Shown: positions 20,648 to 30,078, counted from the first letter of the stretch. The stretch: 64,000 nt of DNA from an uncultured Gemmatimonadaceae bacterium (GCA_963781585.1 CAWAGQ010000003.1:288001-352000); one strand, 5' to 3'. The notes: generated by a model from the letters alone, not told the origin. Translations and numbers: made by a program.

Positions 20648-21315
20648 CCGTGGCACTCGCTGATGTAGGAATCGATCACCGCCGAGCTCGCGCTCTGGAG
20701 CGAGAGGCATCGCTGCAGTTGTAACCGCGGGTGACCGTGTACGTAGACGCGGTCCAGCACGATGTTCGATGGGATCCTGCTCAACTCGTTCTGTGCCCGT
20801 GACCCGTCGCCAAGACGCACAATCGACTCGGTGGCACGAACCGATTCATCGACCATCATCTCTATTCCCATGATGCGCCAACCACTCGTTCCGGCCGCTG
20901 TGCGGAGTGCCGGCGCATTGGCCTGCACGGCGACCAGCTTCGCCAACCTCGCCTCCGCCGCGTGCGACGGGGTCATGCGCGTCCCCTCGTCGCCCAACGC
21001 CACGTTGGTGCGCACGACGATCGTGCCGTTCCCGGTTTTCCTCGGCAGCACGTACGTCCCGCGGAATGTCGCTCCCGGCGCAAGCTGAACGACATCTCCG
21101 GGCTCCGCGGCATCCAGCGCAGCCTGCAGATCACCGCTTTGCGCCACGTTACGTACCTTGCCGGTTGGCGGCACGTAATCTGTATTGAGATAGGTGAGCG
21201 GAAGGGCGGGCTTCCGGACCGGCCCCTGTGGGGCCACCCCATGCGGTCCTGGTCCCAGTGCCGGCAGCGACAGGGCTGCGGCGGCCGATGCGACAAACGC
21301 GTACCTGAAGGTCAC
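19762..21315 (-). CDS. Secreted right-handed parallel beta-helix (pectin lyase-like fold) protein
   Basis: AAAGGAGG RBS before GTG at 21315; signal peptide; DLQAALDAAEPGDVVQL, GPGPYKIVNN, IEGNVFD. Confidence 0.78.
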   Translation of the reverse strand: MTFRYAFVASAAAALSLPALGPGPHGVAPQGPVRKPALPLTYLNTDYVPPTGKVRNVAQSGDLQAALDAAEPGDVVQLAPGATFRGTYVLPRKTGNGTIVVRTNVALGDEGTRMTPSHAAEARLAKLVAVQANAPALRTAAGTSGWRIMGIEMMVDESVRATESIVRLGDGSRAQNELSRIPSNIVLDRVYVHGHPRLQLQRCLSLQSASSAVIDSYISECHGKGFDSQAIVGWNGPGPYKIVNNTLEGVGENVMFGGADPSIPNLIPSDIEFRRNFVYSPASWIGVWTKKNLLETKNVQRFLIEGNVFDGSWGDGQVGFAIMFKSANSSGQCTWCTSRDITVRYNVIRNAAGAFDLLGREGSNPYPVGELLNRVLIEQNIVENISVAPYIGDSKMVQLLDGAGNVIIRNNTMTSPASFKTFLTFGTAPAVNGFDYHDNIVAFGAYGMCGAGLSCNESLLPRVVRGTLNFQHTVIIGGHKSGFPSSTFVSSLSAAQATGAGANTAMVNSAIANVEIP

Positions 21316-21334
21316 GGTATCCAGCCTCCTTTGG

Positions 21335-22540
21335 TCAAGCCGTCGACGCGGCCGCGCCGATCGCGTCAAGCCGATTGTCCCCCGCTTCTCGCAGCAGCCG
21401 CACATAGAGGCGCTCGAGCGAGTCGATCACCGCAGGTGCCGAGAAGCGGCTCCGTGCAACAGCCGCACCCTGCCCTCCCATCTCCCGCGCCCGAGCCGGC
21501 TCATCCAGAAGTCCGGTAATGGCGGCCGCCAGCGCGTCGACGTCTCCGGGGGGCACCAGTAGACCGGTGAGGTTGTGTTCGACCGCATCATGCACCCCGC
21601 CCACATCGGTTGCCACAACCGGGCGCCCGCTCGCCATCGCCTCCAGGATCGAGTTCGGGAAGCCCTCGGCGCGCGAGCACAGCACGGAGATCTCGAACAG
21701 TCCGTGCATGCTCGGCACTCGCGGTCGAAGGCCGGCGAATCGCACCTGGGGCTCGAGCCCGAGCTCGCGAACCCGGGCCTCCACGCGCGCGCGCTCCGGA
21801 CCATCGCCCACCACAACCAGTCGGATCCGGGGATGAACCTGCCGCACCAGGGCAACTGCGCCAATCAGAGTCTCGTGGTCCTTCACGGGGAGGAGCGACG
21901 CTACGATTCCCACGACGCGGTCGCCATCGGCGAGGTCGAGTTCCCGCCGCCATGACCCGAGTTGCGTCTGCGAAGGTGGTGTGAACAACTCGTCACCGAT
22001 GAAGTTGTGGACCACCGCTACATGATCCGCGTTCAGGCCGTCCCGGTCTACCAGCGAGCGACCCACCGCTTCGCTATTGGCGAGGACCCGGTCCGCCAGG
22101 CGGAACCCCAGTCGGTTCAGCGCGCCATAGGGCCACGGAGCAGACCACCAGCGCTTGCTGGCGATCACCACGGGGACGCGCGCGGCTCGTGCGACGAGTA
22201 CCGAGAACACGTTGGAGTACATATCGTGCGCATGCACGATCGCGACGCCCTCCTCGCGAAAGAACCTGCGGAGGGCCGCTGCCTGACGCAGCGTACGCGG
22301 CCCGTACAGGTTGCGGATAGGGAAACGCACCACCGGTATTCCGATCGCCGCGTACCGCTCGCCTAGAGGTCCCTCTCCACGGAGGGTGATGACGGAAATC
22401 CTGAAGCGGTTGCGATCGAGTCGTTCCGCCGTGGCCAGCGCGTTGAGTTCCGTTCCGCCGACCTGCATGGTGTCGATCGAGAAGGCAACGTGGACCAGAT
22501 GGTCTGGCGAGGTGGACAACGCATCTGGACGCCCCGTCAC
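21335..22540 (-). CDS. Glycosyltransferase family 4
   Basis: GGTE, VKDH, VGDGP, EGFPNSILEAMASGRPVVATDVGG. Confidence 0.92.
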   Translation of the reverse strand: MTGRPDALSTSPDHLVHVAFSIDTMQVGGTELNALATAERLDRNRFRISVITLRGEGPLGERYAAIGIPVVRFPIRNLYGPRTLRQAAALRRFFREEGVAIVHAHDMYSNVFSVLVARAARVPVVIASKRWWSAPWPYGALNRLGFRLADRVLANSEAVGRSLVDRDGLNADHVAVVHNFIGDELFTPPSQTQLGSWRRELDLADGDRVVGIVASLLPVKDHETLIGAVALVRQVHPRIRLVVVGDGPERARVEARVRELGLEPQVRFAGLRPRVPSMHGLFEISVLCSRAEGFPNSILEAMASGRPVVATDVGGVHDAVEHNLTGLLVPPGDVDALAAAITGLLDEPARAREMGGQGAAVARSRFSAPAVIDSLERLYVRLLREAGDNRLDAIGAAASTA

Positions 22541-22947
22541 GGGTGCAGGCTCCCCGCAGCGCGGGCCGGTGGCACGCCCGGGGGGCGACGAGTGGGAAGT
22601 AGATGGTCCATCAGAAAGCTGGACTTCATGGGTACAGTCACCGCATCGAGTTCGTGGCTGTCAGTTGTACCCGAGTGGACCGCAGGTCTCGGGCCTCCCC
22701 CGTTCTGACATCCGTGACCCACCCCTGACCGACCACATTCATGCCGGTGTAAGTCACTGCGACAGCGTGGTTTCGGGCAAGCAGGAGTGCTCCCGTCACG
22801 TGACGCATCTCCATGTGGCCTAGTCCTTTCGCTGAGTAGTATGTTCCTTGCATGGGAGCGGTGCGTGAGGCCAGCAAAGGCAAAGGCGTCCGCGATCGTG
22901 GAATGTCGCGAGAACGCCGCGCTGAGGACAGATAGCGTGCTCGTCGC

Positions 22948-24360
22948 ATGAGACGGCCTGGACCAGGCTGGCGCACGTGGCGCGCGCGACACTCGCCGGA
23001 GTCCGGTGTGGTCGCACCGAGCGGTGTGGCCGCCGTCGGAGCGGATTTCGTCCCGGCTACACCGCCGTTGCCAAGGTCCCCCGCGATTCCGGACGAGCGC
23101 GTTCGCTGGACTCTCGGGTTCATCGCGATACTCGCCTACATCTTCTCGGTCACCACCTATCGCATAAACATCGCCACACCGGCGATGGTGGTTGCGATCG
23201 TCGCACTGCTTTTCGAGGGGAACGCTATTCGCTTCTCTCCCTTCCTGTTGTTCTTCGCCATGTGGGTCGTATGGTGTGTCACTGGTCTTCCGTTCAGTTT
23301 CGCGCCGTCGCTCACCAGCGATGCGCTGCGGGTCATGGGCAAGCTTCTCCTCGTCGCTCTGGCTATCACGTGGCTTGTGCAGACTTACGGCAGGCTGCGC
23401 GTCTTCGTGGGATTCTATGCGGCGTGCTTCCTTCTGTTCCCGGTGCGCGGGGCGCTGGTCAACTACCTCGTTGGGTACACTGTTTTTGGCCGCGCCCTGT
23501 GGAACTACGTTTACTCCAATCCGAACGATCTGGCGGCGTTTCTGTTCTGCCCGCTCGCCCTGTTGGTCTGGCTGGCGCAGGCCGAGCGTGAGCGGCGCCT
23601 GAGGCTGATCGCGATCGGCGGCGCCGGGGTAATGGTGTTGGTGCTGCTGATGACGCAATCGCGCGGTGCGTTCATCGCCCTAGTGGTCAGCGGCGCGTTC
23701 TACCTCGTCCGCAGTTCGACGAGGCGAGCCGTACGCGGCTTGATGGTCGCGCTGGCAGTAATGACGCTTGTGGTGCCCTTCGTGCCAAGCTCGGCATGGA
23801 ATCGGTTTCGAGCGATGTCATACCTCTCCAGCACGCAGACGCTGGCGCAAGCGGACCCGGAGGGATCGGCCGAGGACCGCTACGACATCTGGCGAGTCGC
23901 GGTCCAGATCATCGCCGCGAACCCGATCAGCGGAGTGGGTCTCGGCTGTTACGAATACGCCCACGCCCTGCAGTCGGCCCAGATGGACGTGCTGCCCGGA
24001 GCGAAGGGCATTCGCGACACCCACTCGACATACCTGCACGTGGCAGCCGAGTCGGGGTTTCCGGGACTCGGTCTCTTTCTATTGATGTTGGCCGGGGTCT
24101 TCGCCAGCGCGGAGCGTGCGCGCCGTCGCACAGCGGACCAGCGATTGAGCGCCCTGATTCTCTCTCAGGAGGCCGGCCTGGTGGGCTTCCTTGTTGCGGG
24201 AGTGTTTGGATCGTTCGCGGGGCTCAACGTGCTGTACATTCAACTGGCAATCCTCTCGGCCGCTTCGGCGATCGCGATGAGGTCGGCGGGCGCCCTCCCC
24301 GTTGCGCGCAGAAGCGCGGCCTTCATCAGGACACCCATGCAAACGGGGGAGGCGCACTAG
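22948..24360 (+). CDS. O-antigen ligase / Wzy-like polymerase family protein
   Basis: NPNDLA, TQSRGA, RYDIW, PISGVGLG, DTHSTYLHVAAESG; start uncertain. Confidence 0.85.
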   Translation: MRRPGPGWRTWRARHSPESGVVAPSGVAAVGADFVPATPPLPRSPAIPDERVRWTLGFIAILAYIFSVTTYRINIATPAMVVAIVALLFEGNAIRFSPFLLFFAMWVVWCVTGLPFSFAPSLTSDALRVMGKLLLVALAITWLVQTYGRLRVFVGFYAACFLLFPVRGALVNYLVGYTVFGRALWNYVYSNPNDLAAFLFCPLALLVWLAQAERERRLRLIAIGGAGVMVLVLLMTQSRGAFIALVVSGAFYLVRSSTRRAVRGLMVALAVMTLVVPFVPSSAWNRFRAMSYLSSTQTLAQADPEGSAEDRYDIWRVAVQIIAANPISGVGLGCYEYAHALQSAQMDVLPGAKGIRDTHSTYLHVAAESGFPGLGLFLLMLAGVFASAERARRRTADQRLSALILSQEAGLVGFLVAGVFGSFAGLNVLYIQLAILSAASAIAMRSAGALPVARRSAAFIRTPMQTGEAH

Positions 24361-24406
24361 CCCGGACTCTCGACCTCCGGCCGACTGCACTCGGGGCACA
24401 GCCCGG

Positions 24407-26320
24407 TTATCGCGGCCCGGTGGCCGCGGCGGCCAAGTGCGGTGTCGGGAAAGACGCGGGCGTCGCGGCGGCACTGGCTTCTTCGCGCAACCATTCCTCC
24501 AGCACCCACAGGTACCAGAGGCGCCGCGACGCGACGCCGCGGTGCGCCGCATCGGCAACTTCGGCCTGCAGAGGATCGCTCGCGATCCATCCGTCCCTCG
24601 CCAAATGCGAATCGCGAAGCATCGTCGCGACGCGATCGTGCCACCGGCCTCCCATCCAAGCTTCCACCGGGATGCTGAATCCGCGCTTGCGGCCCGCCGC
24701 GACGCGTGCGCCGATGCGACGCCGCGCGATCTCGCGCAGAATCGCCTTGAGTTGCCCGCCGTGCAGCCGAACGTCGAAGGGGAGTGCCGCGGCGTGTTCC
24801 CATAGCAGGTGATCGAGAAAGGGCGACCGTGCCTCGAGCGAATAGCGCATCGCGGCACCGTCGACCTTGACGAGATACTCCGAGACGAACTGGGTATCGC
24901 GATCGTACGCAAGGTACTCCGACAGCGCATGCCGCGCGGCCACGATCGTCCACTCGGCGTTCGGCCCGGGAAAGTCGGCGTCCGCGAGGCGCGGCCCGAG
25001 CAGACCACGCGACCTGAAATCCTCCAAACCCGGATTCGCTCGCACGAACGCCGCAAGCCCACCAGTGGTGTAGTCAACGGCGTGCACAAGGCGCCTCAAT
25101 ACGCCGCGGCGCGGAACGGCCCGGCGAATCGTCTGCCAACTCGACGCCGCCCACGCCGGCAGGTACCGCGCAACTCGTTGCGTGTGCCACAGCATCCGAT
25201 GACGAGGATAACCGAGAAACACGTCGTCGCCGCCATCACCCGTCAGAACGACTTTGGCCGGCGTCGATGCGATCGCACGCGAGAGCCGAAGCATCCCGAG
25301 CGCCGACGAGCACGCGAAGGGCTCGGCGAACGCGCGCACGAGTTCGGAGACGCTCACGTCGTCATCATCCGAGAGGCGAAGCACCTCGTGCCGCACGTTG
25401 AGCGCGTGTGCGGTCGCCACCGCATCATCCGTCTCGTCGAGTGGGTGTCGCGGCGTGCCGGCCGTGTACGCTGTGACGTCGGCCCCGAGCTTCGCCACGG
25501 CCCAGCAGACCAGGCTGGAGTCCACTCCACCGCTCAACAGCGCGGCGACTGGAACGTCGGCAAAGAGCCGCCGCTCCACCGCGTCGAGCACCAGTCGCTC
25601 GGTCTGCGCGACCGCCTCGTCAAACGTCATCATGACCGACGACTCACTTGGCGGCGACCAGTAGCGTCGGATCGCGACCTTCCCGCCGGCCCATTCGGCA
25701 ATCGACGCCGGGGGCAACTTGGAGACGCCGTGGTAGATTGAGCGACCTTCGGAGATGAATCCGTGCTGGAGGTAGTCGGCCACCGCCTGTGGGTTCAGGC
25801 GCTCGGCAAAGCCGCCCGCCCGCAAGGCGCGGACGGTCGAAGCGAAGGCAATCGTGCCGTTCCCCTCGACGTAGACGAGGGGCTTGACCCCGAGTCGATC
25901 GCGAACAAGAAACAGGCGCCGCGCAGCGTTGTCCCAGAGCGCGAACGCGTACATGCCGTACAGCCGCGCGACGAGCGAGTCGATACCCCAGACGCGGTAG
26001 CCATGGATCAGGACTTCCGTATCCGTCTCGCTCCGGAACCCAACGCCGTCGCGCACTAGCCCACCGCGCAGATCGCGAAAGTTGTAGATGGCGCCGTTGA
26101 AGACCACGCCGATCTGTCCGTCGGGCGAAAGCATGGGCTGGTGGCCGGCGGCGCTGAGATCAAAGATGGCGAGCCGTCGGTGACCGAGCACCGCATCTGG
26201 CCAAGATGCCGTGCCGCCACTATCCGGACCGCGCCGCTCGAGTGAGCGGAGCATGAGCGGCATGGTATCCGCGGCACGGACCACACCGGGGGCGCCTATG
26301 ATCCCAGCCAGACCGCACAT
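24407..26320 (-). CDS. asnB: Second asparagine synthase-like amidotransferase
   Basis: MCGLAG, RRGPD, LGHRRLAIFDL, LSGGVDSS, GDGGDDVFLGY, EARSPFLDH. Confidence 0.88.
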   Translation of the reverse strand: MCGLAGIIGAPGVVRAADTMPLMLRSLERRGPDSGGTASWPDAVLGHRRLAIFDLSAAGHQPMLSPDGQIGVVFNGAIYNFRDLRGGLVRDGVGFRSETDTEVLIHGYRVWGIDSLVARLYGMYAFALWDNAARRLFLVRDRLGVKPLVYVEGNGTIAFASTVRALRAGGFAERLNPQAVADYLQHGFISEGRSIYHGVSKLPPASIAEWAGGKVAIRRYWSPPSESSVMMTFDEAVAQTERLVLDAVERRLFADVPVAALLSGGVDSSLVCWAVAKLGADVTAYTAGTPRHPLDETDDAVATAHALNVRHEVLRLSDDDDVSVSELVRAFAEPFACSSALGMLRLSRAIASTPAKVVLTGDGGDDVFLGYPRHRMLWHTQRVARYLPAWAASSWQTIRRAVPRRGVLRRLVHAVDYTTGGLAAFVRANPGLEDFRSRGLLGPRLADADFPGPNAEWTIVAARHALSEYLAYDRDTQFVSEYLVKVDGAAMRYSLEARSPFLDHLLWEHAAALPFDVRLHGGQLKAILREIARRRIGARVAAGRKRGFSIPVEAWMGGRWHDRVATMLRDSHLARDGWIASDPLQAEVADAAHRGVASRRLWYLWVLEEWLREEASAAATPASFPTPHLAAAATGPR

Positions 26321-26340
26321 TCTGGAAGAATAGCTACAGT

Positions 26341-26550
26341 CACCGTCTCGCGAGCGTCGGGCATTCCGTCGAACCGCTCCGCGACCTTGCGCGCGCCGAT
26401 TTGCTCCCGTTCCAATCGATCGAAGCGCTCCGCGAAGCGGTCGCCGTCAAGGGCGATTATTGCTATGCCTGCTACGCCGGCCATTATCCGACCGAGCCTG
26501 TGCAAATCGCCTCCCTTCGGGCGCCCGCGGTTTCTAGACTGCGCGTTTAA
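26341..26550 (+). pseudogene. purF: Decayed 3' fragment of amidophosphoribosyltransferase
   Basis: Manual translation HSVEPLRDLARADLLPFQSIEALREAVAVKGDYCYACYAGHYPTEPV resembles the PurF C-terminus (SVEEIR..GADSLxYLSxEGL..CxACxxGxYP); no start, ~85% of gene missing. Confidence 0.65.
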
Positions 26551-27356
26551 CGATTCCCGTAGAATACCGCCGTCCCAGCCATGGAACGGATTCCAGGAAG
26601 CGCCAACAACGCCGCGTCGATCAGCGCCAGCATATTGACCATTCCGCGCCGAAACGCGGGAGCTCGCTCGTAGTTGTGGTTCGGAAGCAGGAAGCGATCG
26701 ACCCTCCCCAGCAGCGTGAAACGCTTCACGCGCAGGTTTGGTAAGTGCTTCTGAATGATCCGGACCTCCGGCCCTTCGAGTGGCCGCTCATCCGGCGTCG
26801 TGTCGGTGTGAACCGGGACCATGAAGCGCATCCGCCGCAAAGCGCGGTTGAAGTTGACCGGCTCGGAGAATATCGCCAGACCGCCCGGCTTGAGGCACCG
26901 CGTCAAACTGCCGAGCACATCGTCCAGCTCCGCGATCAGGTGGTGCAGGATCGCGTCGCCCCAAACGATGTCGAAAGACCCCGGTGAGAGATCGGCGATC
27001 TCGAGCGGAACGCAGATCAGCTCGATCCGATCGCTCAGCCCATTGACCTGCGCCCGCTCGCGCGCGATCTCGATCGACTTCGACGAAATGTCGATGCCGG
27101 TGACGTGAGCGCCGAGCTTTGCGAGGGTGACCGCATTCGTGCCGTCCCCGCAGCCCACATCGAGCACCCTTTTGCCGTTCGGGTCGCCTAGGACATGGAA
27201 CCGGAATTCCTTGTTGAACCGCTTACGGTGTGGCGGCGAGTAACGCGCGAGTGCCAGAGGATCGAGCGGACGAACGTCGCCATAGTATTCATCGAAAAAC
27301 GAGGCCTCGCTCTGCCATCGCTTCTCACGATCGCCGGTTGTCCGGGATTCCCCCAT
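26547..27356 (-). CDS. Class I SAM-dependent methyltransferase
   Basis: [32 protein letters not shown] at 27356 preferred over 27515. Confidence 0.9.
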   Translation of the reverse strand: MGESRTTGDREKRWQSEASFFDEYYGDVRPLDPLALARYSPPHRKRFNKEFRFHVLGDPNGKRVLDVGCGDGTNAVTLAKLGAHVTGIDISSKSIEIARERAQVNGLSDRIELICVPLEIADLSPGSFDIVWGDAILHHLIAELDDVLGSLTRCLKPGGLAIFSEPVNFNRALRRMRFMVPVHTDTTPDERPLEGPEVRIIQKHLPNLRVKRFTLLGRVDRFLLPNHNYERAPAFRRGMVNMLALIDAALLALPGIRSMAGTAVFYGNR

Positions 27357-27412
27357 GGGATTCAGCGCCAGGGTACCGACAGTCGCCTGCCGGTTGGTAA
27401 AATGGAACTTGT

Positions 27413-27860
27413 ATGGCCCTCGACGGAGTCGAACGCGAATAGTCTGCGCTCCGCCAGCAATCGGACGCCGTGCGCAGCTATCTTTGACCCCGCCGGGTAA
27501 AGAGCCCAACTTCAAATAACTGGAACAGCAGGCCTAAGCGCCCGGCTGTTGGCGCAGCCCGAAAAGAGCCGGATGATCAGCCAGGAGCGTAAGCGTCTCC
27601 AAGAGGCACTGGAGAAGGTCGACGATCTCGCGCCCCGAACTTCCGATTTGGACACGCTAGTTGAGTTGCCGCGCGAGGGCGAAAATGTCCTCGCCGATCT
27701 CACCGCCGACACCAAGTCCTTCTCTGAACGGTTGGGAAGGTCGAAACCGCAATGCTGCCCTCCGGTCAGAACGACGCGAAGAGCGCTATCGTCACCATCC
27801 ATCCCGACGCCGCAGAACTCAAATCCAAGATTGGGCGGACAATGATGAGGATAGGAGTTT
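27413..27860 (+). pseudogene. prfB: Decayed 5' fragment of peptide chain release factor 2
   Basis: [23 protein letters not shown] then CTT-TGA-C (27482-27488); QPEKSRMISQERKRL..DLDTLVEL.REGE; MLPSGQNDAKSAIVTIHP..TQIQDWAD (compare IHPGAGGTESQDWAE); several stops and frameshifts; no GGQ. Confidence 0.85.
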
Positions 27861-28065
27861 CTATCGAGCGCCGGCAAGATCGGCAGCCGGAAGGCCGTCG
27901 CAAGTCCGACCGGGTGGGCGGGCTTGGGGACCCCTCGGCAGGCGATTCAAGCCCTCGCGCCCTGCGGAGTGGCCTCCTAGGCCGGCCAGGACCCTCCCAG
28001 TGACGCGCGCATGCGGCCCGAACGGACCTGATGAGGGGCCCGCATCCGCGCCCAAGGCCAGCATG

Positions 28066-28750
28066 GAGTAAGTATCCCCCGGCAAAGCCGGGGGCTTTAG
28101 GGTGTGAGCCGCTCAAAGCGGCTGAACGGGGGCGCTAACGCGCCCCCGAGGTCGAGGGCCACTTGATAGGTGGCCGGGTCAACGTCGCCACAGGTTCATC
28201 TGGTCCAGCCGGGCATCCGCGTCCTCCTGCTGCCGGATATACTCCCGGATCACGCCTTCGTCGCGCCCTACCGTCGAGACGAAGTACCCGCGCGCCCAGA
28301 AGTGCTGCCCCACAAAATTCCGCTTCCGCTCCCCGTACACCCGTGCCAGATGGATCGCGCTCTTCCCCTTGATGTATCCGATCACCTGCGACACCGCGTA
28401 CTTCGGCGGAATGGAGATGAGCATGTGCACGTGATCCGACATCAAATGCCCTTCTTCGATCCGACTCTCCTTCTGCCCCGCCAGCCGGTGGAAGACTTCC
28501 CCCAGGTGCTTCCGTAGCGTGCTGTACAACGTCTTCCGGCGCCGCTTCGGAATGAACACTACGTGGTGTTTGCACTCCCATTTCGAATGACTTAGGCTTT
28601 CCGTACGGTCCATCGTGTCGCTCCTTGGTCGTGCGCTTGGCGGCTCACGCCCAGAGTTTCACCGATAGACTGTTCCCTTTCCACTCCCGCAGATGTCAAA
28701 CTTCTGCTGCCTCCCCGGCAGAGCCGGGGGGTCTCCCGTTCGTAGCTAGC
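28066..28750 (-). mobile_element. IS200/IS605 family element, IS200 type (tnpA only)
   Basis: Y1 transposase flanked by related subterminal hairpins CCCCCGGC-AAA-GCCGGGGG (28076-28094) and CCCCGGC-AGA-GCCGGGG (28713-28729); exact ends approximate. Confidence 0.88.
28179..28613 (-). CDS. tnpA: IS200-family Y1 (HUH) transposase
   Basis: SLSHSKWECK, DHVHMLISIPPK (HUH), KGKSA, FWARGYFVSTVG, YIRQQ. Confidence 0.95.
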   Translation of the reverse strand: MDRTESLSHSKWECKHHVVFIPKRRRKTLYSTLRKHLGEVFHRLAGQKESRIEEGHLMSDHVHMLISIPPKYAVSQVIGYIKGKSAIHLARVYGERKRNFVGQHFWARGYFVSTVGRDEGVIREYIRQQEDADARLDQMNLWRR

Positions 28751-28941
28751 GATAAGTGGCGAGGACTCCGGCCTATTTCACACGTCTCGCGACGCTCGAG
28801 CTTCTGACGGCGGGGAGAACATTTTACAAGCGGCGTCGGAGCCGCAGCCAACCTCGGCTCGTCCGTCTGCAGCAAGCAAAGTTAGATGGCCCCAATGCGG
28901 CCCTGACCCGGCTGCCACCATTCGCTCAGGGGCAGCGCACG

Positions 28942-29117
28942 TCAGCGCACCGTCACTCCTGCGGTCTTCGCATTCAAGGTGGTCATGTCGGCGCCGGGAC
29001 GGGTGCCATCCGCCCACAGGCCGCGATACGGGCTGGCCGGCGACAGATTATGCTCGCCCACCGCCATGTTCGTGTATCCGAAGCTACCGTCTAACCGCTG
29101 GGAAGTGGTTCCCCAGC
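28942..29117 (-). pseudogene. Orphaned former C-terminus of a beta-helix protein (copy 2)
   Basis: Manual translation GNHFPA / DGSFGYTNMAVGEHNLSPASPYRGLWADGTRPGADMTTLNAKTAGVTVR*. Confidence 0.62.
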
Positions 29118-30078
29118 GGAGAGGCGATCGTCGCTCCGTTCATGGCCGTGATGCCCCGTTCGCATCAGTCTTTTCTTGTCGTCGCGTGAGGATCAGGGGA
29201 TCTCGACGTTCGCGATGGCGCTGTTCACCATCGCGGTGTTGGCTCCAGCTCCAGTCGCTTGCGCCGCACTCAGCGACGAAACGAAGGTGCTACTAGGAAA
29301 GCCGGACCGGTAGCCGCCGATAATCACCGTATGCTGGAAGTTCAGCGTTCCTCTGACGACCTGCGGCAACAAAGATTCGTTGCAGGAGAGCCCGGCCCCG
29401 CACATACCGTAGGCGCCGAACGCGACGATGTTGTCGTGATAGTCGAAGCCATTCACTGCCGGCGCGGTACCAAAAGTCAGGAAGGTCTTGAAGGACGCCG
29501 GCGATGTCATCGTATTATTGCGGATTATGACGTTGCCCGCGCCGTCCAGCAACTGCACCATCTTTGAGTCGCCGATGTAGGGCGCCACGCTTATGTTCTC
29601 GACGATGTTCTGCTCGATCAGCACTCGGTTGAGCAGTTCTCCAACCGGATACGGATTGCTGCCCTCGCGACCGAGGAGGTCGAACGCGCCGGCCGCATTG
29701 CGAATCACGTTGTAACGGACGGTGATGTCGCGCGACGTACACCATGTGCATTGCCCGCTGGAGTTGGCCGACTTGAACATGATCGCGAAACCCACCTGCG
29801 CATCTCCCCAAGATCCGTCGAAGACGTTCCCCTCGATCAGGAAACGCTGCACGTTCTTTGTCTCAAGGAGGTTCTTCTTCGTCCACACGCCGATCCAGCT
29901 CGCCGGCGAGTAGACGAAGTTGCGGCGGAACTCGATGTCGCTGGGAATCAGATTCGGGATGCTCGGGTCCGCGCCACCGAACATCACGTTCTCACCGACG
30001 CCTTCCAGCGTGTTGTTCACGATCTTGTACGGCCCGGGGCCGTTCCAGCCAACAATCGCCTGCGAATCGAAGCCCTTC
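28984..30078. repeat. ~1.1 kb direct repeat, copy 2 (partner 19553-20647)
   Basis: Near-identical to copy 1, including non-coding DNA past the stop codon. Confidence 0.95.

Noticed and set aside
22541..22947. Possible gene remnant or operator (palindrome CGTCACGTGACG at 22794-22805) in the divergent gap
   Set aside because: No assignable protein similarity, and a single 12-bp palindrome is weak evidence in GC-rich DNA
27413..27860. Functional prfB, or the ORF-track proteins 27549-27845, 27661-28071 and 27752-28003 as real genes
   Set aside because: They are pieces of one decayed gene in different frames; premature stops are present and the SPF/GGQ regions are absent
28028..28070. Hammerhead ribozyme core CTGATGAG
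   Set aside because: No matching GAAA core or three-stem arrangement found
28614..28940. tnpB or other IS605 cargo beside tnpA
   Set aside because: No RuvC or zinc-finger ORF on either side within the hairpin-bounded element
19553..30078. Diversity-generating retroelement (TR/VR pair)
   Set aside because: No reverse transcriptase in the window, the repeat is ~1.1 kb, and the differences are not adenine-specific
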